Under the pieces are notes generated by a model. That model did no database searches, had not been told where the DNA came from, and worked only from the letters and a program-made list of their open reading frames with translations. Below, one piece after another: positions 25,300-37,381 of a DNA stretch of 64,000 nucleotides. Within the stretch, counting starts at the first letter, position 1. Every line of letters begins with the position of its first letter. The position numbers and the translations under genes were made by a program. Origin of the DNA: Felis catus (lineage: Eukaryota); contig NC_058373.1 in the NCBI RefSeq assembly GCF_018350175.1, positions 106,146,001 through 106,210,000 on the forward strand, in the 5' to 3' direction.

Positions 25300-26385
25300 A
25301 GAAAGCCAAGAATGACCTCACACGCTCCTGGTTTTCCTCCTCCCTCGGTTGCCTCAGTGGCCTCTCCCGTTCACCCCCATCATCTGGTCTAAATGCTAGA
25401 GTCCATCGGGGCCCAGTCCTCAGCAGCTCTGCACTTCCTCCTCTCACGCGCACCCGGAGCTTTGAAAGCCCCATGTTCGTAATCCACATTGAATCTCTAG
25501 CCTCCAGCCCCGTATCCAGTTATTTGGCAGCTCCCCTTGATGTGCCAAAGCACCTCAAACTCCGCGTGACCCAAGTGGACTTCATGGTCTTCCTCCCACT
25601 TTTCCTAAAATCCCTCGGTCCTCTCCATTCTGTGTCTCAGAAAATGGCACTACCTCCCGTGTGGCTTACAAACCGAAAATTTAGGATTCTAGGCTAATCC
25701 CTCTTCCTCACCACCAGCCCATGTACAATTGACCCCCAAGACCTAGGGATTTTCCTTGTTAAGTGTCTTTGTTTCCATTCGCTTCCTCCATCACTTCCTC
25801 CTCCACCTGAATCTCAGCTTTCGTTCTCTCTGCTTTGAGCTACCGCGGCCACCCACCGGACAGGTCTCCGCACGTCCAGCCCTTACACTACACTGCAGAC
25901 CGGATGCCTTTTTAAACAAAATAAATTTGATCATGCCATTCACTTATGTAAACCCCTCTACGGCTTTCTCCTTTTAATTTAGGATAAGGACCCCAATCCT
26001 TAATGTTTCCTATGAGGCCCTGAATGAGTTGACATCTGCTCCCTTTCTGGTCTCATTTGGGACCACTTTCCTTTTTGTCGCTCCAGTCTAGTCACACTGG
26101 CCTTTTGCGAGCTTCTTAAACCTCCCTTCTTAGGTCATCTGCACTTGCTATCCCCTCTGTCTAGAAAGCCCGTTCCCTCGCCTTCCCCCAATGCCCTCGC
26201 ATCCCCGTCTCCCCGCGCATGTTAACCTCATCTCTCGGGGGAAGCCTTCCTTGGCTTGAAGCATATCAGCACTGTCTATAATTATACTGTTGTGATTAAT
26301 CACTGCCTGCCTCTCGCTGTAGGCTGTCGGCTTTGTGAAGACTCGAACCTTGTTTGGCGTGTTATTAGATCCCTAACACTTAGCA
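25300..26385. mobile_element. L2 (LINE2) degenerate fragments
   Basis: L2-like text (cacctcaaactc, gatcatgcca.tcac, aagccttcct). Confidence 0.55.
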
Positions 26386-27857
26386 CTTTGGAAAATTGTT
26401 AGATACACAAAACCTATTTTTGAGTGACCGTAGGAGAATTTGGCAACCAGGAGACCAGTTAAGAAGAGGCATTGTAAGAAAAGGCATTCTCCCAGGGGAG
26501 AAATGAAAAGGGTCTGAATAAAGGCATAGTGGAGAGGGCGAAGAGATTTTAAGGAGGTAGTGTCTTTGGATGTAAACAATACAAACAGAGCATTGTCTCA
26601 CCTAAGCAAAAAAGGGGTTTATTGAAAGGATAGGGGGAGTTCAAATTATAAAAGGATAACCTAAGGGAAGTCAGGGCAGAGATAGCAGGTAGAGGTGCAG
26701 AAACTAATTGGGGGTGATCACTACTGGAATAAGTCCACTTCAGCCGTGTTTCAGACTTTATGTCGTTTCTCTCAAGATCTCAGGTCCAGGGAGAGAGAGT
26801 CTGACGGAGTACCTCTGCCTGGAAGTCCAAGCAAGGGTACAATGCAGGGGATGGATAGTTTTCCACAGGAAAAGGTGAGTGTTGCTGATAAAGCAAAGGG
26901 GAGGGAATGATGCCAGCTGAATCCACCCACATCCACCTCCGGAGCATCAACAGACAGGACAGAATGGTGTGAACAAGGAGCCAAGGATAAATCGCAAGTT
27001 CCTGGCTCGATGGATGGTGGTACCATTAATTAAGGTGGAGAACACAGGAGGAGGGGCACATTATAGGGGGCAGAGGAATCTGACTTGTCCATCAGGTAGT
27101 GGTATGGCTCTGGACCTGAGGATTTAGAGATTTGGAAGTTGTCAGCCTCTCTCTACAAGGGAGAAAACCACAGGCATGAATGTGATGACTACGGACAGGG
27201 TGTTGAGTGAAGAGAGAAAAGAGCCATGGGTGGAATGCTAGGGAGTGGAAAAAATTAAGAAGCAGGGAGAGGGTGAAAGGCCAGGCAGGTGAGTGAAATA
27301 TCTAAATGAGGCATACTGGCCAGTTGAGAAGTCAGAAGTCTTGAGCTTGTGGTTTTCATTTTGATTTGCTTTTCAAAACAAGGTAATCTCAGCTTCTTCT
27401 CAGGAAAGCTGCTGTGACCATGAGGTTACCGCTAGGTGGGGAGCTAACAGGCTTCTTTTGTATTTTAGAGCTAAAAGGAGAAGTTGGCAGGTAGGGGAGG
27501 CTCAAACTTGTAAAGCCTGGACCCAAATGGGTAATTGAATAGGTCGGTGAAACAGTTCTGTTACTCAACTACTGTAGCATCAGCCTCACCTGGGAGCTTG
27601 CTAGAACTGCCCCACGCATGCCTAATAAATGAGAATCTGCAACTTAAGATCCCCAGGTAATTCATACCCACCTTGAAGTATAAGAAACATGGTTCTAAGG
27701 AGGGATGTTATGGAATTTGTGGATTTTAAGAGTTAAAGAGAAGGATGTCCCAATTCTTATGGAGTCTAGAGGACTTGGAGCAAAACTCAGTGCAATTTCA
27801 TGGTGAAGAGAAGATGGACCTGGGCCCACGCAATTGCAACACCTGGTGGGGCTATGG

Positions 27858-27895
27858 TTAGGGTTAGGGGTTAGGGGTTAGGGTTAGGGTTAGGG
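27858..27895 (+). repeat. Interstitial telomeric sequence, six TTAGGG/TTAGGGG units
   Basis: TTAGGG TTAGGGG TTAGGGG TTAGGG TTAGGG TTAGGG. Confidence 0.92.
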
Positions 27896-28759
27896 TGGGT
27901 ACTAATGAGGACTGGGTACTAACTTAGTGACCTTGAGAACTTCGGTGAGTGGCTCTGTGGCTGACCCAGCACCAGGGGAATGGAGGTTCTTGCTCTACAA
28001 GAACCACACTTGCCTGCCAGGAGCAAGGATGGGTATCCGCCTCGGGTTGCATAAACCCTCGGGTGACTGGTAGACTTAACAGATCAAGGATAATTTCCAG
28101 TGAATAATGAAGTAAAAACCAGATGGCAACAGTCAAATAACAAATGGATGACGAGAAAATGTAACCAATGTGCACAGAATCAGGAATTTAGGAATTTGAC
28201 TACAAAGATAAGGAAACAGGGGTCATGGCAAGCTAGGGAGGTAAGGCAGACAAAGGATGTTTGTTTCATTTTGTTTATGATGAGCATATTTAAGTACTTA
28301 GAGCTATGAGATCAGTGAGGGAAAGGTGGTTGCTTGAGGGAGGTTCCAAGACCCTTACCAACGGTGGGAAAGGATAAATGTAGGCATATATAGAAGTTAG
28401 ACTCAGTGGGGCTTGTGACTGGTTAGATACATGGAGGTGTGGGAGGGGGCAGTTAATTTCCCTAGTGTTGACTCCAAGAGAGACAGTGAAGTGCAGAAGG
28501 GATAAATATTACTTCAAGGGTTAGACTGTGGCTTGGAATCAAATTTAGGAAGATATAGGCACTATTTTTTAATGTTCAAGAAATATAACATTTTATTAAC
28601 GTCCTCTATTCCAGAGCAAATTCTGGCTGTATTATCTTAGAAATGGAGGAAGTATAAGAGGGAAATACTCGACTTGGAGTCAGAAGTCCTAGATTCCCAG
28701 CCTTTAATGTGGCCTTAGGGGAGTTATTTAACATGTCTGGCTTGTATTTCCCTCATATA

Positions 28760-29236
28760 CAGACCTTCTACTTACAACGGGGTTACATCCCAATAAACCC
28801 ATCATGAGTGGCAATACCATAAGTCAAAATGCATTTAATACACCTAACCCACCGAACATCAGAGCTTAGCCTAGCCTAACTGTCACATGCCCAGAACACT
28901 TACATTAGCCTGCCAAATCACAAAACCTATTCTATAATCAAGTGTTGAATATGTCATGTAGTATATTGAATGATGTACTGAAAGGGAAAACCAGAATGGC
29001 AGTGTGGGTACAGAATGTTTGTCAGTGTTCCACTGTTGACCCTCATGACCGCACGGCTGACTCACTGTGGCTGTGGCTCACTTCGGCCGCTCAGCGTCAC
29101 ACGAGAGTGTGGTGCCACATATATGGAGCCCAGGAAAAGATGCAAATTCAAAGTCCGGTTTCTTCTGAATGTGTATCATTTTCCCACCATCGTAAACGAA
29201 AAATCGCAAGTTGAACTATCGTTGAGGACCATTGGT
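28760..29236. mobile_element. Tigger-family (MER47/Tigger5-like) DNA transposon inside a MIR
   Basis: acttacaacggggttacatcccaataaacccatc...aatgcatttaatacacctaac...gcttagcctagcc; TA flanks. Confidence 0.75.
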
Positions 29237-29379
29237 ATATTAATGTGATAGAAACAGTGGTATTCCATGGGTGGGGCAGAGGGAGTGGTCCATAGTGATG
29301 CACTTGATAAGGGAGTGTGCTTTGTCTGTAGAGAATTTTATTTTTTATTTTTTATTTTTTTTAGAAAGAGAGAGGGAGT

Positions 29380-29743
29380 GGGGCACCTAGGTGGTTCAGT
29401 CGGCTACGTGCCCGACTTCAGCTCAGGTCATGATCTCACGGTTTGTGTGCGTCAGGCTCTGTGTTGACAGCTCAGAGCCTAGAGCCTGCTTTGGATTCTG
29501 TGTCTCCCTCCTCTGCCCCTCCCCCACTCGCGCTCTGTCTCTCTTTCTCAAAAATAAACATTAAAAAATTTTAAACAAAGAGAGAGAGAGCGCGAGGGTG
29601 AGGAGTAGAGAGAGAAGGGGAGAGAGAATCTTAGGCTTCACACCCAGCATGGAGCCCGATGCAGGGCTCAGTCTCATGACCATGAGATCATGATCTGAGT
29701 CAAAATCATGAGTCAGACACTTAACTGAGCCATCCAGGTGCCC
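29380..29743. mobile_element. Tail-to-tail CAN-SINE pair (+ about 29380-29568; - about 29570-29743)
   Basis: Forward SINE followed immediately by a reverse SINE. Confidence 0.88.
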
Positions 29744-30380
29744 TGAGAATTTTAAAACAATAATAAAATCCACTAAAGTCAGTCTGCTTTTTGTCATCAC
29801 CAAGTGCTGACAATTTAAACAATGTCATTGATAAAATACTCCCCACTCTTGGTAGCTATAGGACAATATGCATTTCATGCTGTACTTCATTAGAGGATAC
29901 GGGTGTGGCACATTACAAAATGCTGTAAGGTATAACTTTTAAACAATGTATGTATCTTTTTCAAGTTAATGTGACTTGTGAAATTTGGAGAGAGAATAGT
30001 AGTTCTATTTTCATTTTAAAAAGAAAGTACAGCTAATCTCTTTAACGTGTAGAAAATTTCTTGGTCATAGTAAGCTAGTGATGGTGTCATGTTTTGAAGG
30101 TAAGTAATTCTTTTACCACAGAATTTTATAGGAGATGAGTAGAAAACATTAGTTTTTGTATAATAGGGAAGTTAAGAAAATTAACTATAAAGTTATAAAG
30201 CTATGAAGCCTTCATTTTGGTCAAGTAATTCAATCACAGACTTAACCCGATGACAAACCACTTAAAAGTAATCACTTCAGTTTCTGTATGCTCAGAAAAA
30301 AAAAATATATATATACTATTGCTTATCTCACAGGACTCTACTGAATGTTGAGAGCATCACATATTGAATAAGTCATACTT

Positions 30381-30608
30381 CATTTTATTTTTTTTTTTAA
30401 TTTTTTTAACGTACGTTTATTTTTGAGACAGAGAGAGACAGAGCATGAACGGGGGAGGGTGAGAAAGAGGGAGACACAGAATCCGAAACAGGCTCCAGGC
30501 TCTGAGCTGTCAGTACAGAGCCCGACGCGGGGCTCGAACCCACGGACCGCGAGATCATGACCTGAGCCGAGGTCGGCCGCTTAACCGACTGAGCCACCCA
30601 GGCGCCCC
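30381..30608 (-). mobile_element. Felid CAN-SINE
   Basis: TSD CATACTTCATTTTAT. Confidence 0.94.
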
Positions 30609-31414
30609 GACATACTTCATTTTATAGTGACTGAAAATGATCAAATTTTATTTTTAACAGGCTCACAGACAAGTAACTAGCAAGAATTAATAGTTAACGT
30701 TTCTTTCAGGTTTTAAATCTACCTGGCATTTAATTGGTAGAGTATGAAATGATTCATTGACTGTGTTTATAATGCAGTAAACAACCCCTCTTATAAGAAC
30801 CTTAACGATACAGCAAAAGTCTGATTATTGGTCTTCTCACATCAGCTTATGGCACTTCAGCCACCTCGCTGTAGGAGCAGGCCTTTGCAGCAGAGAGAAC
30901 ATCCTGGCAGCAACTATAACATCTGCCCGAAGAAGCTGACCCATCCCAATCCTTCCCAGGCTATGGATGCTAAGTGCTGAGTACCTTATAATAATCCACC
31001 TCCCTTACATCCTGCTCGGAGAGAGGATATTATTTTACTCAAAAACTGGAAGACTAAAACAATGAACTTGCAAGAGGCATTGTTATGAGGGCTACAATTC
31101 AAGCTATTATTATCCAACGAGCATCTAAAACAACATACTGTAGTAACTAGCAGAGAATAACATTTTAAGACTAATAAGGACTAAGGTAGTAATTTTACCT
31201 GATAGGTTAATCACTAGAAAAACATTCTGAATTTTCAGCATTTTGTAAGCTGCCAAAGGTGACATTTATACCAATGGCATGTGCAAATATGAGGTATAAT
31301 GATTACATTTAGTCACAGAAATACGATTTTAGAATGAATGGGACTTGGCTTACATGTACAATGTGGATATCATTTTCCATATAATTCAGAAAGAGTGCTG
31401 AAAAGTCACAGAAG

Positions 31415-31540
31415 TCACTTGAGAAGGAATCCGTCCCTCAGCGGGTCATCATTTTCCACTATAAAACTTGCTGTACCTGTATAATGGGCTTGCCCAGATA
31501 CTTCCACTATAACAGCTTTAAAATCCCCACATTTTGCTTC
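31415..31540 (-). CDS. L3HYPDH: L3HYPDH coding exon 5 (terminal), 126 nt including TGA
   Basis: TTTTCTCAG acceptor; EAKCGDFKAVIVEVSGQAHYTGTASFIVENDDPLRDGFLLK*. Summed CDS is 1065 nt = 354 aa. Confidence 0.95.
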   Translation of the reverse strand, partial: EAKCGDFKAVIVEVSGQAHYTGTASFIVENDDPLRDGFLLK

Positions 31541-33059
31541 CTGAGAAAAGATGAAAGGAGTATAATATCAAAATACTGCACTTATGTTGTGTCTGGCCTA
31601 AAAGTCACATTCTTGACTTTTATCATTTTAAAGAAAACCCAAGGTTCATCTTGTAGGTCATAGAAGGTTTTTAAGGAGAGAGACATGATCAGATTTGTGT
31701 TTTAGAGAAATTAACCTGTAAAATGGAAACAAATCAGAGAGGAAAGCAATTAGAAACCTAGAAACCTCTTCAGAGTAACCTTCATTCATTGATGGACTCT
31801 AGAGTCACTAGGGTGGTTTTTAGGGAGGCTGGAGAAGAACATAACAGATACTCTGCAGGTGTAACTGGCGGGCATGAGGACTCACAAATGGGAGGTGAGG
31901 AGTATGCATGAGTTAAATATGAGTGTAGTTCCTACTTGGAAGTGAAGCAGATACTCCCATTAACCAAGACGGAATGAGACAGGAAGAGCACATTTAGGAA
32001 GGAAGGAAGAACTTTTTGACAAGATGGCATATCTCTGGGACTGTCATTTCCATATGAGTTTGGTGGACAGTTGGGAATATGAGTGCTAGACTCAGGAGAG
32101 AGGCAGGCACACGGTGGGCATGGGAGGGATGAAGGTTCAGGAATGATCATCAGTGGGGTGGTTGGGAGTTGAGGCCTCCAAAGTGGGTAAAATTACTCAG
32201 TGGCATCAAAATGCAGATGAGATGAAAAGGAAACTAAGGATGAAATGCTGGGGAGCAGAGGAAGCTGAGGCAGGGAAAGAGACTGAGAAGGCACCATCCA
32301 AGAGCTTGGAAGAGCCCAGACAGAGAGGGAAGGCATGTGGTGTGAGTGAAGATATCCTGCCAAGTATGATTACTAACTATAAAGAAAGAACTCCAAATGT
32401 TAACTACCGAGTATCTTTATTATTTCTTAATTTTTAAACATGAGAATAACTAACTCTTATGATAAGATGTCAATCATTAGATTAGGACACAGTAGTTTCA
32501 TTATCTTTTTATAAAGCTGCTATAATAAAAGCCTCATTAAAAATTTGCTTTGTCCAATAGCAATACAGTAGTGCTTAACAGGGCACGGTCTACACAGAGA
32601 GGTCCACATTGAGAGTCTGGCTCTGATATCCCTTAACTGTTTGACCTCTGGCAAATTACCTAACCTCTCGAATCCTCCATTTTATCATCTGTTTAAAAAG
32701 GATAATAACAGTACTGACTTGCCAAGATTGTCACGAGGATTAAATGAGATGGTACGTATAAACTGCTTAGCGTGGAAATTAACATATAGTGAAATTAGCT
32801 ATAGATTGAAGACAATGTGCATGTCTGCTTTTGCATTCAGTCAGCTGGGATGTCACCCATCATATGGCCTCTGGAGAGCTCCACTATACACCCGTGCGGC
32901 AATGAAAGTGAAAAGCAAATAATGTCTTTGTATTAATGCATGCTAAGTTTTGACCTTGTGGACCCTTAGGAAGGAACTTGGGGGCCCCTAGGGATTCCAA
33001 ACCACACTTTGAGAACCAATATCCTAGCTGAACAGAAGTTTTTATAGGCCTGGTTAAAA

Positions 33060-33257
33060 AAATTTTTTTTTTAATGTGTGTTTATTTTTGAGACAGAGCA
33101 CGAGCAGGGGAGGGGCAGAGAGAGGGAGACAGAGGATCTAAGCAGGTTCTCCACGCTGACAGCAGAGACCCCAATATGGGGCTTGAAGTCATGAACTGCG
33201 AGACCATGACCTGAGCCGAAGGTGGACACTTAACCGACTGAGCCACCCAGGTGCCCC
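33060..33257 (-). mobile_element. CAN-SINE in L3HYPDH intron 4
   Basis: Reverse SINE body. Confidence 0.9.
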
Positions 33258-33368
33258 TAACATTTTTTTCTGAGAGCTGAGTGAAGAACCTTCCCTAACA
33301 GGGAACTCAGGCCTCTTCAGTTTCAAAAGTCACACACTTACAAATAAGAAGCTAAGGGTGTTACTTAC

Positions 33369-33506
33369 TCTGACAGCCTTCCCTGTGAATACTGAGCCAG
33401 TTGCACTACTTTTAAAGGCTCTGGTCTGGTTCAGTTCTAGAAGCCCTTTGTGATACTGTAAGGCAATTCGAGCTGTCACTCCTGATCCAGTAGGACTTCT
33501 GTCAAC
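33369..33506 (-). CDS. L3HYPDH: L3HYPDH coding exon 4, 138 nt
   Basis: Follows an 89-bp intron; VDRSPTGSGVTARIAL...FTGKAVR; AGA|GTAAGT donor. Confidence 0.95.
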
Positions 33507-33595
33507 CTGTTTCAGAGTAAATGAAGATAAGAGCATTCACAGTGTTCCAGTTCCACACAAGCTGGCTTTTGTGCCAAACATTACAGTTTTAATAC

Positions 33596-33718
33596 CTGTT
33601 CATCTGCAAACACACAGATGTTGGTGGTTGGTTCCTCACTGTAAGTGTCTTTTCCATCTGTTAATATAGTTCCATATAGAAAGGAAAGGTCTTCACTCTC
33701 AGGATGATTAATTTTAAA
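33596..33718 (-). CDS. L3HYPDH: L3HYPDH coding exon 3, 123 nt
   Basis: TTTTCAG acceptor; FKINHPESEDLSFLYGTILTDGKDTYSEEPTTNICVFADEQ; CAG|GTATT donor. Confidence 0.95.
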
Positions 33719-33843
33719 CTGAAAATAACAACAACAAAAAATTATCATGTAAAATTGTCAAGTAAAAAATATTTTGATTCAAATTTATCTTAATAAGTAA
33801 TGTAGAGGGGGCACTCTTAGGCATAACTTTTCAATCTTTGTCA

Positions 33844-34068
33844 TTTTTTTTTTAATTTTTTTTTTTAACGTTTATTTATTTTTGGGACAGAGAGAGACAG
33901 AGCATGAACGGGGGAGGGGCAGAGAGAGAGGGAGACACAGAATCGGAAACAGGCTCCAGGCTCTGAGCCATCAGCCCAGAGCCTGACGTGGGGCTCGAAC
34001 TCCCGGACCGCGAGATCGTGACCTGGCTGAAGTCGGACGCTTAACCGACTGCGCCACCCAGGCGCCCC
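33844..34068 (-). mobile_element. Young felid CAN-SINE in L3HYPDH intron 2
   Basis: TSD AATCTTTGTCATTTTT. Confidence 0.95.
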
Positions 34069-35193
34069 AATCTTTGTCATTTTTAAAATACCTTTTGGGT
34101 CAGGGCAGTAAATGATGTCTTTGTCTAGATGAATACAAATAGTTTTATTGGAAGTTACGGTTCTTATCATTCTTTGAGTCCTTTCTAAGGAATTTGTCCT
34201 GCAGATAGCCTCTACTAAAGGAACAGTTCTATTTATACACACACACTCCAAATGCTACACTCTTTGAAATACTGACCCCAGGATGGTTAATCCACAGACT
34301 GGCCGTGTTTGCTCAAACAGGAGGAGCTAAGACAGTCATATGCTCACTCTCAGGAGTTTGAAGGGGATAATGTAGAAATATCAGACAATAAACAGCTAGA
34401 GCTGAAGTTATTACCATGGGCAGAGACAAGGACCTGGAAGAGAGGCCACGAGCAAGCAAACGTTGTAACAATGCAGAAGCTATTAGGTAAGAGAAATGGT
34501 TGGATGAGAAAAAAGATCTACTGTAAAGGATGAAGTCAGTTGGTATTATAAGAAGCAGCAGATACACAGAGAAGCAGGCACCTGAGTGGTAAAGGATGGT
34601 CAGGCCCGAACATGCAATGCTTTCTGTTCTTAGGAGGTCTAGTTGAACTTTTCCTTGGTTTCTGTAATGCCTATTAGATTTCAAACCTGTAGCACCATTA
34701 CATCACACTATTCACAGGTATGCTCCCCCCACTAGACCCCCACTCCTTAAAAGTGGGTTTGTTCTTTCTTTGAATCTCTAGCATCTAGCATAGCATAGTC
34801 CGACTCAGTAAGTTCCTGGCAAATGTTTGTTAAAAGAATGGATACACCTTTATAATACAATGAATATTATACTGTGCTTTAACTAACAGGAATTTAAGTA
34901 AAAACTTAAAAAAAATAAATGAAGATGAATTTGTATTAACTTCAGCCCCCACCAAAATGGCCTTTCCCTAAATCTGCATCAGCAGCGTGAATGGTCAGCA
35001 ATTCAGAAAGTAGCTCCGATGCCTGATTTAACGCTAGCAGATGATGCTATGGTTGGTCATCTCATATGTGATTCTCTCCTATTTTTCTTAGAATCCCTCC
35101 TCCCTCAAAGGCCACCCCTTGCCACCTTGGTGAGAAGTTAAAGCTTTAATGAGAAGTTCAAAATTACTCCTTTTGTTAAGAAAACTATGTCTT

Positions 35194-35393
35194 GTGGTGC
35201 CTGGGTAGCTCAGTCAGTTAAGTGTCTGACTCATGATTTTGTCTCAGGTCATGATCTCATGGTTGTGAGATTGAGCCCCACATCCAGTTCTGTGCTGGGC
35301 CTGGAACTTGCTTAGGATTCTCTCTCTCCCTCGACCTCCCCACCTCGTCCCCTCTCCTGTGCAAGCTCTCAAAAAAAAAAAAAAAAAAAAAAA
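35194..35393 (+). mobile_element. CAN-SINE with an A23 tail
   Basis: SINE head and pure poly-A. Confidence 0.9.
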
Positions 35394-36522
35394 GAGGAAA
35401 CGATGCCTTTTCCTCTTAATTTCATTTAAAAATAAGGTGAAGTTATTTTATGCCAGATTGTAGCTCAAACTATTAGCTATCTGCTTAGTGAAAAGAAAAT
35501 TGATATAAAATCAGAGCTTCAGAAGGTGCTATGAGAAAATAATTCTAGATACTAGTATTGACAGCCCTGGAAAAATGACAATTTAGAACAGGAATACAGT
35601 ATATATTTTCATCTTGTTTAAGTTATAAATTATGTTATTAAAGTCTCAGGTATGTTAAATAGGCCCATAATATTATTAGTATATTAGACACTTTTTCACA
35701 AATTATTTTTTTCCTTAGAATAGTAATTCTCATATGCTAAAACATTCAAATAGTGTATATGAGTTTTACAGGTCCCAATTTTATTTTATTTTATTTTTTT
35801 ACAGGTCCCAATTTTAAATGTAAAATGGCAGACTTATGCTAGAAATGAAAGTATATTCTAGACTTATTTATCATCCAAGCTGATTTTATCAGAATAGTTT
35901 TCCCAAGCCAAAACTAGACTGACTTGAGTAGTTATTTAGGTAACTTCTTAGCAATATGGGAGAAATTCACTAATTAGGAATTACTGTTCTCTGTGAAATA
36001 AAAGAATGTCTGATCAGATTTAATGAAATCTATTTTGTAAGCTATAACTGACATTATTTTCAAGTTTTGCAGAATGACCACGTATAGCAAAGCATATGCA
36101 TTTCAAGTTAGTGAAATACTATTTGACACATTTTCTATATGTGTAAATAATCACAAATTATACTAATATGTATATAAAGTTATTTATTGAACATATATTG
36201 TAGGTAGGTATTATTCTAAGTCCTTTACATGTATCGAACTTACTTCATTCTTATAACACCCGACGAAGCAGGTATTTCATAATTCCCCTTTTACGACAGG
36301 AAGGTTATGTTACTCTTTCAAGGTTACAAAAGTCACAAGTGGCAAAACTAGGACTCCTAGATAGTCTTGCTAGAGAGCCTAAGATTGTAACCAGTACCTT
36401 ATTCTTAGTACTTCTAATAACCTAAATATATAAATATTTAATCTTCTGTATAGGGACGTAATTTATACTCCCTCCGTGCCACAGAGGAAGGCATTTGTTA
36501 TGCAAGCAGTGTTTGTACTGAC

Positions 36523-36692
36523 CTGAGCTTTGACTGCTTCCGTCACTGCACTTGCTGCATCCACAAGGTCCCTTGTCTTTGCAGAACAAACATCAAGTCC
36601 TACCTTGTCAGCACTAACAAATGCATAAAACGCCCCGCCATATGCAATGTCTACCACCATCTTTCCACGACCAGGAACATCCACTAAGAGAT
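36523..36692 (-). CDS. L3HYPDH: L3HYPDH coding exon 2, 170 nt
   Basis: TTTTTTAG acceptor; (D)LLVDVPGRGKMVVDIAYGGAFYAFV...VKAQ; CAG|GTCAGT donor; phase fits exon 1. Confidence 0.95.
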
Positions 36693-36881
36693 CTAAAAAA
36701 GATGTGTTTGAAAAGAAGTTTGTTTTTTAGGATTTTGGCAGGAACAGTTCACAGCATTTTTAATATGTATGTTTTGGTGGAGGGGTGCTTTTTCCTATCA
36801 TAAAAAGGAATGAAACAAAAATTTATTTTCAAAATAAGCATCAGATAAATATTAGACCTTTAGCTAAGTGCATCTATTTTT

Positions 36882-37381
36882 TCTATGTCTTTTATTAATT
36901 AGTTTATTTTTATATAGGATTTATTGTTAAATTGGTTTCCAAACAACATCCAGTGCTCATCCCAACAGGTGCCCTCCTCAATGCCCATCATGCACTTTCC
37001 CCTCTCCACCGCCCACCATCAGTTTTTAAGAGTCTTCTTATGGTTTGCCTCTTTCCCTCTCTGTAACATTTTTCCCCTCCTTCCTCTCCCCCTGGTCTTC
37101 TGTTAAGTTTCTCAGGATCCACATATGAGTGAAAACATATGGTATCTATCTTTCTCTGCCTGACTTATTTCACTTAGCATAATACTCTCCAGTTCCATCC
37201 GTGTTGCTACAAATGGCCAGATTTCATTATTTTTCATTGCCAAGTAGTATTTTATTATATATATAAATCACATCTTCTTTATCCATTCGTCAGTTGATGG
37301 ACATTTAGGCTCTTTCCATAATTTGGCTGTTGTTGAAAGTGCTGCTACAAACATTGGGGTACAAGTGCCCCTATGCATCAT
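36882..37381 (-). mobile_element. 5'-truncated carnivore L1 3' end
   Basis: Carnivore L1 3'UTR text (catccagtgctcatcccaaca..tgccctcctcaatgcccatca); 17-bp TSD TAAGTGCATCTATTTTT. Confidence 0.9.
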
